A stretch of DNA of 63,961 nt, counting the filler, from Rhabdomonas costata (Eukaryota), in the NCBI GenBank assembly GCA_019059605.1. It is 48 parts of 48 records of this genome, joined end to end, with 100 filler letters (N's around TTAATTAATTAA, not from the genome) between each part and the next. Parts side by side here need not be neighbours in the genome. Positions count along the whole stretch, not along the records: positions 49,386 to 50,619 come from JAHMHO010022541.1; positions 50,720 to 51,954 come from JAHMHO010022542.1; positions 52,055 to 53,289 come from JAHMHO010022543.1; positions 53,390 to 54,623 come from JAHMHO010022544.1; positions 54,724 to 55,957 come from JAHMHO010022545.1; positions 56,058 to 57,291 come from JAHMHO010022546.1; positions 57,392 to 58,625 come from JAHMHO010022547.1; positions 58,726 to 59,960 come from JAHMHO010022548.1; 40 more parts are not named here. One strand, written 5' to 3'. Below the pieces are notes generated by a model. The model was given only the letters and a program-made list of their open reading frames with translations, searched no databases and was not told the DNA's origin. Position numbers and translations under genes: made by a program. Below are positions 49,758 through 62,110 of this stretch, piece by piece. How positions within the stretch are numbered: position 1 is the first letter of the stretch; the number at the start of each line of letters is the position of its first letter.

Positions 49758-50496
49758 GTGTCTCTCATCGCGCAAGCTGTAACAAGTATTGTATGGACGG
49801 GACCATCCCAGAACTGCGTTACAAGGCTACCAAAGGGAGCCAGTTGTCGGTTGTTGACTCTGTGTTCGGCTGCCTGTAGATGAAGGACGCCAGTACCAGT
49901 ACCCCATTTCTTGCTGTTTAAGAGTAATTTTTTTATCTGCTCATGCTGTAAGAGCAATGATTTCATCCGTGCTTTTCTCAGGCCGATGACTTCCTCAGTG
50001 CTGGTCCCATCGCCACAGTAACCTCCTTAGTGGAGTCTGAATTTCCGCCGCAATGATGGACCTGCCATACTTCCTGCACACTGCTGGTTCTCTCATTTGG
50101 TTGTCTGTGATGTATTTGTGGTTCATGTCATGGACTTCGTGTTTCTTGTTTGTTGCTTCATCAGCGGTACCGCGAGATTCACTGCTTGCTGTACAGAAAA
50201 TTGAATTTGTGTTGCTGATTGATTTGGAATGGATGAGGGTGTGGACACAGGGCACCACCCAGTCCTCATCAAAACACGGTTCCAGTTAGTGCGTGAAATA
50301 AGAGCGGGTCGTTATTCGCTATAACGCCGTTATACGGTCGTGGAGATCCATATGAAATAACGACACTTTTCCCTTGTCTCTCATGTTGTTCGTTATTGGT
50401 GGTGGGAACTCATTTTTTGCTGGGCTTTAGCAAAAAAAACAGGATTAGTTTAGGGGCCGGCGCGCAGCCGCGGCCCGCGCAAGCCAGCCCGCGTCG

Positions 50497-50613
50497 CGGG
50501 GGTTAAGCTGAAACTCGACCCCCCCCCCCGTGAACCACCCCTGTGGTTCACGTCCGTGAACCAATATCTGGGTATCAGAATCCAGTCTGCAACGCAACCC
50601 AGGGGAACTACCC
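50497..50613 (+). mobile_element. Partial copy of the TIR element found at 53412-53695
   Basis: ggggttaagctgaaactcgacc(C)n gtgaacca..tggttcacgtccgtgaaccaata..tggg.atcaga.tccag matches the reverse complement of about 53585-53695. Confidence 0.8.
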
Positions 50614-51737
50614 CACCCCNNNNNNNNNNNNNNNNNNNNNNNNNNNNNNNNNNNNNNNNNNNNTTAATTAATTAANNNNNNNNNNNNNNNNNNNNNNNNN
50701 NNNNNNNNNNNNNNNNNNNGTCAACGTATGCCTTTGTGCTTGCAAGGCGGTGGAAAAGGGACTGATGGCTGCGTGAAGGCCACGGCCCAACGGGCACGGC
50801 AAACGGTTAATTCTTACTACACAGCAAAACAGGACCCAGGTGGAGGTTGCCCCCCCCCCACCATTGCCGGAGAGCGGTGCCCTGTACACTGCAGAGACCG
50901 AAAAAAGCTGTTGAGGGACAAGGCACACAACGCAAAACAAAGGTGTCAGGCGAGCTTTGTGGGATGGTATTCTGGTGAGTGCGCCTGTTCGCTTTTTTTT
51001 TGAACAAGACCGGCTTGGAGTGGTATACACTATGACATATTGTGCCGTTTCAGGACACCTCTTTCTGATGCTTGCTTCTCACGCGGAATACTGAGACGGA
51101 GAGAAAAAGGTAGGGACTGGTGGGTTGAACTATCATGGCAGCGGAAAGACTGAGGAACGCCTCATGGGAAAAACGGAGGTGGAGATCGCCACCGGAGTGA
51201 CGTCAGGGAGGGGGGTTGTCGCCTTCACTGACTTTCACCCGCCTACCAAAATAATGAAGCAAGTGCCTCTCAAGCCAAGTGCCGAGTGAAACCATTGGGA
51301 TTAAGATTCACAATGTGAGGCAAGGGCGGTGGTGAAGGAGAGGAGCAGTGGGTTGTAGTGGAGTAACGACACTTAGGAAGCTTTAGCGCGGGCTGACCGT
51401 GTTGTACTTGAGCCCCAGGAAGCCATCTGCGTTCTTGCAGCTCTGGTATAGCTCTCCCAACACCTGACATGGAGAAGAGTGTCGAAAGACGTATCCTACA
51501 ATTTCCTATTGCCACCACCTTCCACACATGAGATGGATGAAATGTCGCATGACGCAATTTAGGATATCCGATTGCCATCGCCCTTCAACGCATGCATTTC
51601 GGAAAAGCAAGCCTGGCAAGAGCCGTCACAACCGTGTGCATTGATCCATTTCGCAGGAACCCCGCCCCCCTAAAAAAAGGAGGAATGTTAAGGTCGAATG
51701 CCAAACACACATCTGCCCACCCCAGAATCAAACGCAC

Positions 51738-51831
51738 CTGAGTAGGCGGAATCTCACCGTGGAGGTCCAGGTACACGAAGAGGGCTTGGCTCGAGCGCAG
51801 ACCCAGCTTGGAGCGGATGTGCTCGATGAAC
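51738..51831 (-). CDS. ATG8/ATG12 ubiquitin-like autophagy protein exon
   Basis: FIEHIRSKLGLRSSQALFVYLD...IPPT resembles ATG8 FvyvIRkri.L..ekAiFifv....PPT; AG/GT-bounded. Confidence 0.75.
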
Positions 51832-52054
51832 CTGCCGCCAACGTTTGCGTTTGTGCATTTGCATGGGAGAATCAATCCGCGAAATAAAAAGAGTCTCAAA
51901 GTATCCCAACACCACAGATGTCTCCAGTTTCGCTGGTCTTGCATAAAACCAAAANNNNNNNNNNNNNNNNNNNNNNNNNNNNNNNNNNNNNNNNNNNNTT
52001 AATTAATTAANNNNNNNNNNNNNNNNNNNNNNNNNNNNNNNNNNNNNNNNNNNN

Positions 52055-53289
52055 GGTGGTTGGTGGGTGAACCACCAGAAGCACGCGGCACTGTCTGTTA
52101 GAATGGTGGTTTTTGTGTGACAGGCACAGGCAAGACCAAGACAAACGCCGTAGAGCTCTGCTGACTGCTGTTCGTCAGAGAAGTGCGCGCAGGGATCCAG
52201 TAAAGCATTGGGAATCGAAGCCGTGACACCTTCTTCGCCATTGTAGCCGCAAATACCAACGGTAGCGCGCGCAGCACATGCGTCAGTGTAAATGAGACAC
52301 TGCGAGTGGCGGTCTACCTCCGAAGTGATCACACAACTGCCCAATACCAGGGCAAGCGCAAAGCTCCACAAGCATGTCCACGACAGGCCCTCACGTAGAT
52401 CAGCGCGTGCTTGCCCTCAGCATTGCCCAAGTGTGCGTAGCGCACCATGAAAGTGGCTGCAGTACCAGCCAGCACAGCCCAGGAGCTTTCGTAGAGTTCG
52501 GGGAGTGCGGCATTGGGCCGCCCCCGTCTATTGCTCCAGCGAGTTGGCTTGATCTTGTCAGAGTATTGCTGACGGACCTCGGAGACAGACGTTTACCTAT
52601 CCATTCAACCAAGCGTTGAGGTTCAAGCAAACACTTATGTTCAGCGAGGTAGAGCCCACTGCATCGAAGATGGGTAACACAGGCCGTAGTGGCCAGGAGG
52701 AGCCGGTCACGGTGGGGCAAGGTCAACAGCAGGTCGTCATAGTAAACCAAGGCCACCACATCGGGGAAAGACAGAAGTGCGCTGCGAGCGAGCTGCAGCA
52801 TCTGCTCCTGATCTGGGACTGGTGCTCAACTCCAGCCGAAAGGCATCTCTGCCATGTCCAACTGACCCCACGATGGAGAAAGACAAAGGGGTGTCCCGAC
52901 CGTGGAGGTGTGAGCGATGCAAGGTCGTCCGGTTGCAAGATGAGCGAATGGAAGTAGGCGGACACGTCGAGTTTGGTGAAGAAGCAGTCAGGCCAGTGAC
53001 GGGTAAGTGATTGCAGTAGGCTGAGTTGTGGAAGGTGAAATTTAGGAGGCGAGACGGAGTAAAGCCGATTGAGAGGCCGAAGGTCACAGATGACGCGGGC
53101 TGTGTGCTGGTCCTTGGGTTTCAGGAAGAGAGACATGGTGACAGGGTCATCGGAAGCCGAGGGAGCGATGATATGCTCAGCAGCCAGTTTGGAGATACAG
53201 GCATCCATGACTGGGGAAGGGCGAGTGGTCTGAGGGTGAACAACTCGTGTCTTTTGAGGAGAGACAGGAAGAGTTAGGACGTGAGCCAC
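52055..53289 (-). mobile_element. Tyrosine-recombinase-class retrotransposon RT-RNase H (DIRS/Ngaro/VIPER/TATE-like), frameshifted
   Basis: LFLKPKD..ARVICDLRPLN, FTKLDVSAYFHSL, VYYDDLLL, KCLLEPQRLVEWIG; RNase H IYTDA...QQSAEL...ILTDS. Confidence 0.9.
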
Positions 53290-53411
53290 NNNNNNNNNNN
53301 NNNNNNNNNNNNNNNNNNNNNNNNNNNNNNNNNTTAATTAATTAANNNNNNNNNNNNNNNNNNNNNNNNNNNNNNNNNNNNNNNNNNNNGGTTTACCCAT
53401 TTTGGTGCGAG

Positions 53412-53695
53412 GCTGAAACTCGACCCGTCCGTGAACCGCTAGCGGAGCTCAGCGGACATCGGTGACGTTACCCCAGTGGGGCGAACGGTTTCCAGGAGAT
53501 TGCCGTACAAAAGGGACTGAATTATTTTCGGTGCGGAGGCCAGTCCCGGGGCGCGGCTGAAGCGCGGGGGGGGGTGCTTAATCGGGTAAGTTCCCCTGGG
53601 CTTCATTGCCGGCTGGACTCTGATCCCCAGTTATTGGTTCACGGACGTGAACCACTTGGTTCACGGGGGGGGGGTCGAGTTTCAGCTTAACCCCG
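53412..53695. mobile_element. MITE-like element of about 280 bp with inverted ends
   Basis: gctgaaactcgaccc (53412-53426) is the perfect inverse of 53672-53686. CGTGAACC subterminal motifs occur at both ends, and a second copy lies at 50497. Confidence 0.8.
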
Positions 53696-54199
53696 ACATT
53701 TTTATTGCCCTAAAACCCTCTGTATGTCCAAACCCTGACTTTGGTAACGTTTCTCTTCTCTCACTTTTGAGGGGACACGTGCAATATTAATAATGGATCG
53801 TATTAATATGAATCAATTCCGGATTTTCGCGCGCAGAAAAATAGACCGTTAAAATTTTGATGGAAGGATGGTCACCACCGTGCCAATGAAACAGAATCCC
53901 CTTCAACTTTGTCAGAGTGGAAATAATGGATCATCTTATAATTGATCATCATCCACGCTGATCCGTTGATCCATCACTTGTGCTGATCCAGCATTAATAC
54001 TTTTGCCACCCATTAGAAGAAGAGTGGCTCATCTAACAAGCAATAGGAACGTTTTAATTATTGCCAGGAAAACCCCCACCAGCAGCATAAAAATCTGGAA
54101 AATGTTTTTATGTATTCAAAGGCCAAAGCGAAAGGAAATACATGGTTGACCCTCAGTGGAAGTGCCGGAAGGGGGGCACCTCTATCCTTCATTCCGCAG

Positions 54200-54328
54200 G
54201 AGCTGGCCGAGCTGGAGCTGGAGCAGGACACCGCCTCGAAGCAGAAGAAGCCCGCCTCGGCCTCCGAGCAGCTCTTTGCCGCGGCCGCTGCAGCCTCCTC
54301 TGCGGGAACCCCCGCATCTGCTCCAAAG
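54200..54328 (+). CDS. Exon of unknown protein (weakly ESCRT-III C-terminus-like)
   Basis: ELAELELEQDTASKQKKPASASEQLF..., GC3-rich, CAG/GT-bounded. Confidence 0.5.
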
Positions 54329-54763
54329 TGTTTTTTTTCTCTTTGTTAGCTTTTTTTTGTTTCGCTGAAGAAGACGAGTACATCAACCTCCTTAAGGGCA
54401 ACCACGCAGGACAGTCGCCTTCTCGTGGCGCTGGCGCCGGCGGCTTACTGCACGGAACCGCCTGTTGCAATCACCAGACCTGCTTCGGCTTGAGTCCCCT
54501 CCCTGTCGTACGAGATCCCCAACCCAAGTGAATATGGTCTCCCAGAAGAATCGGTCCCCCGCTCTGCCATTCAAAGCAACTGAGCTGATGCTGATACTCA
54601 TACCTTCCGTCTGCCCCCACAACNNNNNNNNNNNNNNNNNNNNNNNNNNNNNNNNNNNNNNNNNNNNTTAATTAATTAANNNNNNNNNNNNNNNNNNNNN
54701 NNNNNNNNNNNNNNNNNNNNNNNTGTTGGGTGTGTTGGGTCTGTGCATTGGGATGTGGTGCAG

Positions 54764-55509
54764 GGACAAAGGCAATGTTTTGGCTGAAAACCGGCAGTAC
54801 GGCCGCGGGCTGTCTGGGGGGCAAGTCCGTGACGAATACCGCGACGACGTGGACCGCGGCCGCGGTGGGCTGGGCAAGCGCAAGGCCCGGGAGTTGGGTA
54901 CGCCCCCCTCGCCCTGGCTAAAGGACAGCGTCTGGATAGAACATGGTTTGAAAGCAGAAAATGAAAATGCAGCTTGGCATTGCGGTTTCGGGAACTGGAA
55001 CCAACTCAGAATCAAAAAGATGCGAGTGCGTGGAGAGCGCAAACACTCAGTAGAAACTTTTATAGGGGTGAATATTCTTTCTTTGTGGTTCCTATTAACC
55101 TGCGCCTTACCGCCGCCCGACGCGAGGCATTCCACTTCTTGCTCTCCTTCATTGATCACCCCCCAACAACAGCAACAACAATAACAGCAACAACAACAAC
55201 ATTACCCCACGCAGTTGCACTCACTTCCAGCGCACAATCACCACCTGTCTCCGGGCGTTCCTCTGTTGCTTGCTGCCGACCAGTTAAGCAGTGAGTGACT
55301 TTGCCGTTGTCGGCGGTTGTCCGGAGAGGATTGGTCCCCCTCCGTCATTTGTGTGGTCGCTCCCAGCCATGGGGGGCTTCATGTTTCATCCTTCATCTCT
55401 CATTTGTTACTACCCACAGGGGTGGAGGAGTCGGAGCAGTTCTCCAGAAACCTCGTCCAATATGAGGACCGGGACCCCGCGGGCCCACCGCGGGGCCGCC
55501 CCCCACAGC
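54764..55509 (+). CDS. CBP20: Nuclear cap-binding protein subunit 2; exons 54764-54897 and 55420-55509
   Basis: (W)[38 protein letters not shown] matches CBP20 [25 protein letters not shown]. Confidence 0.93.
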
Positions 55510-56057
55510 GTATGTGTGTGTGGGGCCCTTGTTCTGCCCCTTGTGTGTCGCCCATGTTCCTTCCGTTCATTCTCACTCTCTTTCCACATACGTTCTGACA
55601 TGGTGGTCTGTTTTTTGTGCTCACGCGAAAACAAGAAAGCTAAGGGGGATAAGCAATCCCCAATGTTTTCGGTTTTGTTATTTCGGATATGTGCCACAGC
55701 TTGCAATATATTTAGTCCTCACAAAGCCGTGAGAACACAGCAATTTCAATTTTTGCTCCACCTCATCCTGCCGATGTAACCCAATGGCGATTACGTCTGG
55801 AGGAAATTTTCGCCCCCCCCCCCCCTCTTCACAATACTTCGCTCCCAAAGGTGACTGGATTACCCGTCGTCCACATCGATGTTTATGGCACAAGTCCATT
55901 ATCGTACAGGGAGCAGTAAAGCTGTAGGGATGATGTCAGTCATCCAGACCAAACCCCNNNNNNNNNNNNNNNNNNNNNNNNNNNNNNNNNNNNNNNNNNN
56001 NTTAATTAATTAANNNNNNNNNNNNNNNNNNNNNNNNNNNNNNNNNNNNNNNNNNNN

Positions 56058-56468
56058 GTGTGTGGGGAAGGGCGCAATGTCCGCCGCTTCTGGCACTACC
56101 ATAGCGACGGACATTGCGCCCTTCCCCGCGAAGCTCCCAAAGGACTTCCCACCCAATGTTCCGGAGAGCCCCCCGGCGTCCCGCAGGCTGCCCTGTAGCC
56201 CGCTGATGCCGTTGCCATTACCAGACTCATGCACGCTGAGATGGAAGCTATGGGGTCCAAGGACGGTAGTCGGGCTTGGTGCGGCCGAGGCGGCGGCAGT
56301 GGTCGCGCAGAGGAGACGGCAGCTGTCGACATACCGAGCAAAAATCTCAGCCGGACTGCTGCTGCTGCTGCTGCTGCTGCTATCGACCACACCCGCCCCA
56401 GCACCGTTGGTGCTGCCGTTTCCAACACTTGGGGTACCACCAGACTCGTGGGACACCTCCGGAGTCAC
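56058..56468 (-). CDS. Ser/Gly-rich exon with a poly-Ser (AGC)n run, unknown protein
   Basis: Open frame from a TAG acceptor to the contig edge. The + strand is also open, so the strand is not certain. Confidence 0.45.
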
Positions 56469-57639
56469 CTACCATGATGCAGGAGAGAGGGCATAGCAAC
56501 ATAAGAGCAACAAAAAACGGCGAACCCGGCGAAGGATCCTGCTTCCCAGCCCCAGCCCTTCTCTCAGCTAAATTGCTAAGCAATCCCTTACAAGTGAACC
56601 CGACAGAACCACTCAGCTAAAAGGGCCAAGGGAAAAGAATTTGGGGCCAGAGTAACAAAGTGGTTCCTCTTCATCCCATCAGCGATGCGTAAGTCCGGAG
56701 GTGGAGGCCAGAGCACTACAAAAGAAAGTTCGGAGGGGGAATACCGGAAGATTTGGACCGGTCCCCTGCTCTGAAGAAATGGATCCCGAGACAGGCTGCC
56801 ACGCCACCAACACCCCCTTCTCAGGATCGGAATACCGCAGCACCACGCCGGGGTGGAACTGCACACGCTCCTCAACCTACCAGCAAAAACAAAAAGAAAC
56901 AGAGATTGCATTTTTAGGTCGGACTACGGTACGCGGTACTGGGTACCGCGTCATCGTTAAGTATCAAACGGTTTTCATCGGCAAGCCTCCTTATAAGGAA
57001 ACAAACGCTCCCTTCGGATTCTCATGTTCTCACAGTTTAAGGGGCATAGCGAAATATTGGCAGAGTGTGGGAGGGGGGGGGCATATAGTGGCCCGCCCAT
57101 TGACGGGACCACCACAAGCGTAAAAAAAATATATTGCAGGGGATCGGGAAAAAAGCGGCCAACACTGATCAAAGCGTAGATAACAGAAAAAGAGTGTGGT
57201 GGAAAACCAGCAGCCATGCCTGCAAGTATTTCACCAATAACGAGACCTGCGAGCCGCAACCCGGGCCACCGCAATACACGGAACCAACACCNNNNNNNNN
57301 NNNNNNNNNNNNNNNNNNNNNNNNNNNNNNNNNNNTTAATTAATTAANNNNNNNNNNNNNNNNNNNNNNNNNNNNNNNNNNNNNNNNNNNNATGTCAACG
57401 GTACACAAGGCGTCCAGGAACAGCTACGATATCATCTGCCAGTGTTGGTCAGCACCAAGCATACCATGGTGAAATTTCATCGGTGATAACCTCCCACACA
57501 CACAGACACACACACACATTTACCTTGATCCGTGACCTCACAGCGGCCGCAATAGCGAGCAGGACAAGTTCCAATCTTTCCAATCTTTCTGACTACGAAA
57601 CAACTACAAAATCAACTCACCCAAAGCACACATCTTAAC

Positions 57640-58625
57640 CTCGTCAACCAGCAGGTGAAGGTCCACCTCGCCCACGGCCGGGGGGAGCCGCCCCGCCCGC
57701 ACCAGCACCGTAGCCCCGTACTTGCAGCTCAGCCGCAGGCCCTTCAGCAGCCACGTCGACACCACAGGCCACATGTATTGCAGCAGCTCCACCAAAGATA
57801 GCGGCGAAGGGGGCTCGCCGAGCTGCGCGGCCAGAATCCGGGCCATCAGATCCTTCTCCCGCACGCAGGAGCGGATCAGCCTCAGGTGGGTCAGCAGCGT
57901 CTCGAGGCAAATCTCCGGCTCCGTACCCGTATGCGCCTCCTGCCGAGAGAGAACCGTGTCAAGGCAGGGGAGAACATGGGTGACTACATCGTGAGGTGCT
58001 ACGCTCGTCCACCTGTGGAAGGTGGGCCCCCTCTATTTCCTTTTTGTGAGCTGGCAAATCCCATCTATCTTCTCACCGCAACCCTGAAAGCAGATGCGTG
58101 TATGTGTGAGAGTTTGGGTATGTCGGAAATCAAACTTTTCCGACTCGGAGGAATTACTGTTAACCAACCAACGATATCACAGCTGCGAAAAGAGTGTGAA
58201 AAAAGTTGATCTAATCAGGAATCGTTTTGATGCGGAGTCAGTCATGGAACATCAGACGACACTCGGCACCCTATTGGTGCGCAGATGCTATTAAATATTG
58301 ACACAGCCGCACGCCACACTGAATGCAGGAGGAATTGCTGTAGGGAAGCCTTTCTGCCTCACCCCTCTATGGATGGGCTATGGATGGGCAGAGGTTCTTG
58401 AGAAACCTCAGTGGCTAATAAAACCTCAGCGGTCTGACGGACCTGCTCTTCAACTCGTTAACAAAGGGAGCGAGAGAGAGAGAGAGAGAGAGAGAGACAA
58501 CGTCCATGCAAAGCAATCAGACAATGATGCCGAGGGGCAGAGGGGGCGAGGGCAAAAGAGGGGTAGGGGATATACCGGCAGGGCGGAGGAGCCCACAGCC
58601 TCGATCTCCTCCTGGAGGGCGTCGC
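57640..58625 (-). CDS. Unknown protein, two exons (58625-58576, 57939-57640)
   Basis: DALQEEIEAVGSSALP joins in phase 0 to a 300-nt GC3-rich exon EAHTGTEPEICLETLL...LHLLVDE. Confidence 0.75.
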
Positions 58626-60060
58626 NNNNNNNNNNNNNNNNNNNNNNNNNNNNNNNNNNNNNNNNNNNNTTAATTAATTAANNNNNNNNNNNNNNNNNNN
58701 NNNNNNNNNNNNNNNNNNNNNNNNNAACCAGCAACGGGGGTCTAAGATGCTGGGATATCGCAACGTAGCACCTAAGCACGTGCATTAAGGTCATTTTGAC
58801 CACACCCACCGATCCCCGGCTGGCCCCCTCGATAAAACAATCGCCGGAGGGTCCTCGAAATGACACAAAGGAACCCAAAGGAACCAAAATCTGACGTTCA
58901 GCACCATAGAGTAGCGGACGTACCTCAAATTCGAAGACATGGCGCAGAAGTTCCCACACCCAATAGGAAAATGAAACCGAGCATCAAGGACAACGATATA
59001 TCCACTTGCTCGGTCGCATTGTCTAAGCTTCTCCCTGGTGGGTAGCAGTTGCTCTTGAGTCTGATGTCAAAGCCAAATATGCGCCAACAAACATTTCGTG
59101 CTCGTCTACAAAGGTCCTCGTGTCAAAACCCAGGAAAACTACCTACTGGTGTTTTCCTCGTGGTGAGACAGCCTGGACGGGCAACCCAGACACACGGCAC
59201 GGTACCAGCACAAAAAAGGCTGCAAGAGGCTGCAGGGAAGGAAGTTAGAACTGTAAAAGAAAAACGTAACTCAAACGTCACCTGCAGGGAGGGTATGTCG
59301 CCTTATTCGCTCATGTCATCCATACGCACATAGGCATATGCATTGGGTATTGTGTGTACGAGTGCGTCATGTGGGTGTCACAGTAGTGGGTCAACGTGAA
59401 GAAAGGCGTGTACATCGCGGGGAGAAAGAGAGAGAGAGAGAGAGGGATAAAGAGAGAGAGAGAGAAACGTAGAAAGAACGGGTAAACAAGCATGGCCAAA
59501 AGAAAAGCGTGGGGAAGGGGAGGGAACGCCGCATTCGAATTCGGAAGGCAACCGTCGCCTCTACGTTAGGAAAAGGGGTGGGGAAGAGGCTAATAACGTA
59601 AAGGCAGGACAAAGCTGGCTTAGCGTTATTTTGCCCCAAGCGCAGGCTGATATTACGGCACGTCAATATGTAGCGCTGATTGGGAAAAGAACGACCACCA
59701 TACCAACGCCATGTACAACAGAAAAAGATTGGCACAAAAAACCTAACGTCGGGGATTGGCGTAGATTGGCGTGGGAGCTTCTCAGTTCTGATGGGAACCA
59801 TAGAAGCCGGAAAGAAGACCAAGGACCACAGAGAGCCATGTTGTTTTCGCTGGGGAGAGCATAACAGCAAAAGACGCACGGCAAGACGAAGGACAGGAAG
59901 AAAAGAAAGTAATGGAATGCCTCCGAGATGTCACACAGGCACAACCCTCTGCTGTAAATGNNNNNNNNNNNNNNNNNNNNNNNNNNNNNNNNNNNNNNNN
60001 NNNNTTAATTAATTAANNNNNNNNNNNNNNNNNNNNNNNNNNNNNNNNNNNNNNNNNNNN

Positions 60061-60294
60061 GGGTACCGAGAGCATGGAGCTCGACATTGCCATCCTCGTC
60101 CACCTCCATGCTCTCGGTACTTCCAAACCCGTACAGCTCCCCGCTGGTCGGGGAGGTTGGGTCCCGGGGGTGCACCCCGCCCTCGCTGAACCACAGCGTC
60201 CAGCTGTTCTCAAAGAAGTGCGTGGAGCGCCGGCGCAGAGCGGGGATGGGTTGCCTCGAGGACACCGCGCCGTCCGCCATCACGGACCAGGACC
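60061..60294 (-). CDS. eIF4E-family cap-binding protein exon
   Basis: THFFENSWTLWF...ELHALGT resembles the eIF4E pattern H.L...WtLWF...L..i.tF.TVE; strong codon bias on the minus strand. Confidence 0.65.
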
Positions 60295-61166
60295 CTGACA
60301 CACCGTAAGCATAAACAGCCAGTTTCCTTTCCCCCTTCCCGTTTCTTTGACAGGTTCCAGCTGTTCCGTCAAGCTGCAGGTATTTCTTGAATCACCACGG
60401 GTCACTTTGACGTAAAAAGGTATCAGCCAATGTGGGCTAGTTCGTTGAGGACGCTTTTGTCGCTTAACAAGCTTTGCAATACTTCAGCACAAGAGGCAAC
60501 AATACAAACCTGCAGAACCGTATAGTGAACAATCTGTCTGAAAACAGCGGAAGACGCATTTACAATAGTCGCAACAATAACTGTGTCCCATGTAAGCGAG
60601 TGACATGGGTGGGAAAGAAAGGCAGAATGCTTTGCAATATTTGGCCCTTTCCATTTACAAACGAAAGCCGAATAATTAGTTGGAACCACAACCACTGGAC
60701 AATAATTCTTTGAGAGGGAGAGAGAGAAATTCCCGGGGAGGGAGGGAGGGAGGGTCTCGGGGATGTCAGTGGGATAGCAGGCCTTACTCGGTCTGCCCAG
60801 ACATAACACACATCAGGGCGGATGCCCTTGCAGCGCTCTTCCCCTCTTATTCACCGAACGCTCGGTGCCATTGCATTGATGCACGTTTGAATCCATGGAA
60901 GAGTGGTGATATGTAAAGCGTTGGTGTGTCACTTTCCCGGCGACACATGAGGTGCACAACTGCGCGTGATGAACAACCTGTAAAGGTTTCGCTGGAAAAA
61001 ATTTCCCTTCGTTTCCAGGGCATAAATGAACGGACTCGAACACGCATCCCCTCATTGATGGGTGCAATTTCATGCAATGCCGAGCAAGTCAGTGTGACAG
61101 ATCCCTTCCATCAACATGAGATTCCGCACGGGACACCGAATTTACACATGCGCATCCGCGTGCCAG

Positions 61167-61294
61167 GGTCGGACAGCGCGCCTGGGTCACTCCGGCAAGG
61201 CCCTGACCTTGCTTCTCCCCAGCGAGGCCCTGGCCGTGCCCCTGCTGGAAGGGAAGCAGATCCCCTTGAGGGAGGTCGAGGCCAACCCAAAAAC
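61167..61294 (+). CDS. DBP4: DEAD-box helicase DDX10/Dbp4-like exon (motif VI onward)
   Basis: GRTARLGHSGKALTLLLPSE...LEGKQIPLREVEANP resembles DDX10 GRTAR....G.ALliLLPSE...L..KkvP.kei.iNP. Confidence 0.8.
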
Positions 61295-61987
61295 NNNNNN
61301 NNNNNNNNNNNNNNNNNNNNNNNNNNNNNNNNNNNNNNTTAATTAATTAANNNNNNNNNNNNNNNNNNNNNNNNNNNNNNNNNNNNNNNNNNNNCGTCAT
61401 GGAGGAGACCATCCCAGGCCTCCCCCCGGCTCTGAAGGTTGCCCTTCGCTGCGCTTTTTGCGCGCGATGCTTCCATTGATAAGGGAACTACACCCAGCGA
61501 GCCTTTTTTTGTACGTTTTTTTTGGGGGGCGACTTTTGGTGGATACTCTCTGCTCGGTTACCAGCTGTTTGACGAAGGACGTGCGTGCTTGCTGGCGAGA
61601 CGATTCGAAGGAGGCTGCACAGACACTCACACGTCAAGGATGTGGTTTGGGCGGGTTTGGGGATGCCTTGATGTTGCTGAGTATCGGGCAATTCAGAGCT
61701 TAAACCCCCACCTTCTTTCACAGGGGACTTTGGGAGGCTTTTTGCCCATTATATTAGAGTGAGTTACCAATGCGACTTGATTTCGGGCAATAAAAGTGCA
61801 TTCGGCTGCAGAGAGAATCAACGCGGATAGCAAGAGATGCTTGGTTATCGTGGCCTGTGGTTAGCCCCTGTTAGGGTTAGCCCCTTTCGAAACGAGTGAG
61901 TGTCCTTTTTCCGTTGCTTGACGTTGTCATCCCCCGTAGTGTCCTGTGATGGGCGCGGATCCAGTGTCTATGTGTCTCTGCGCGCAG

Positions 61988-62110
61988 GTCGTCGTGCCCG
62001 CCACCACCCTGCCTGCCTCCCTGAGTATCGTAGACTTGTACGTCCAGCACTGGGCCACCAACCCGAACCCATGGACCAGTCTCTACAACACCCCGGTGAA
62101 CACCGTTGAG
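61988..62110 (+). CDS. Unknown protein, internal exon
   Basis: 123-nt frame VVVPATTLPASLSIVDLYVQHWATNPNPWTSLYNTPVNTVE between CAG and GT. Confidence 0.55.
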
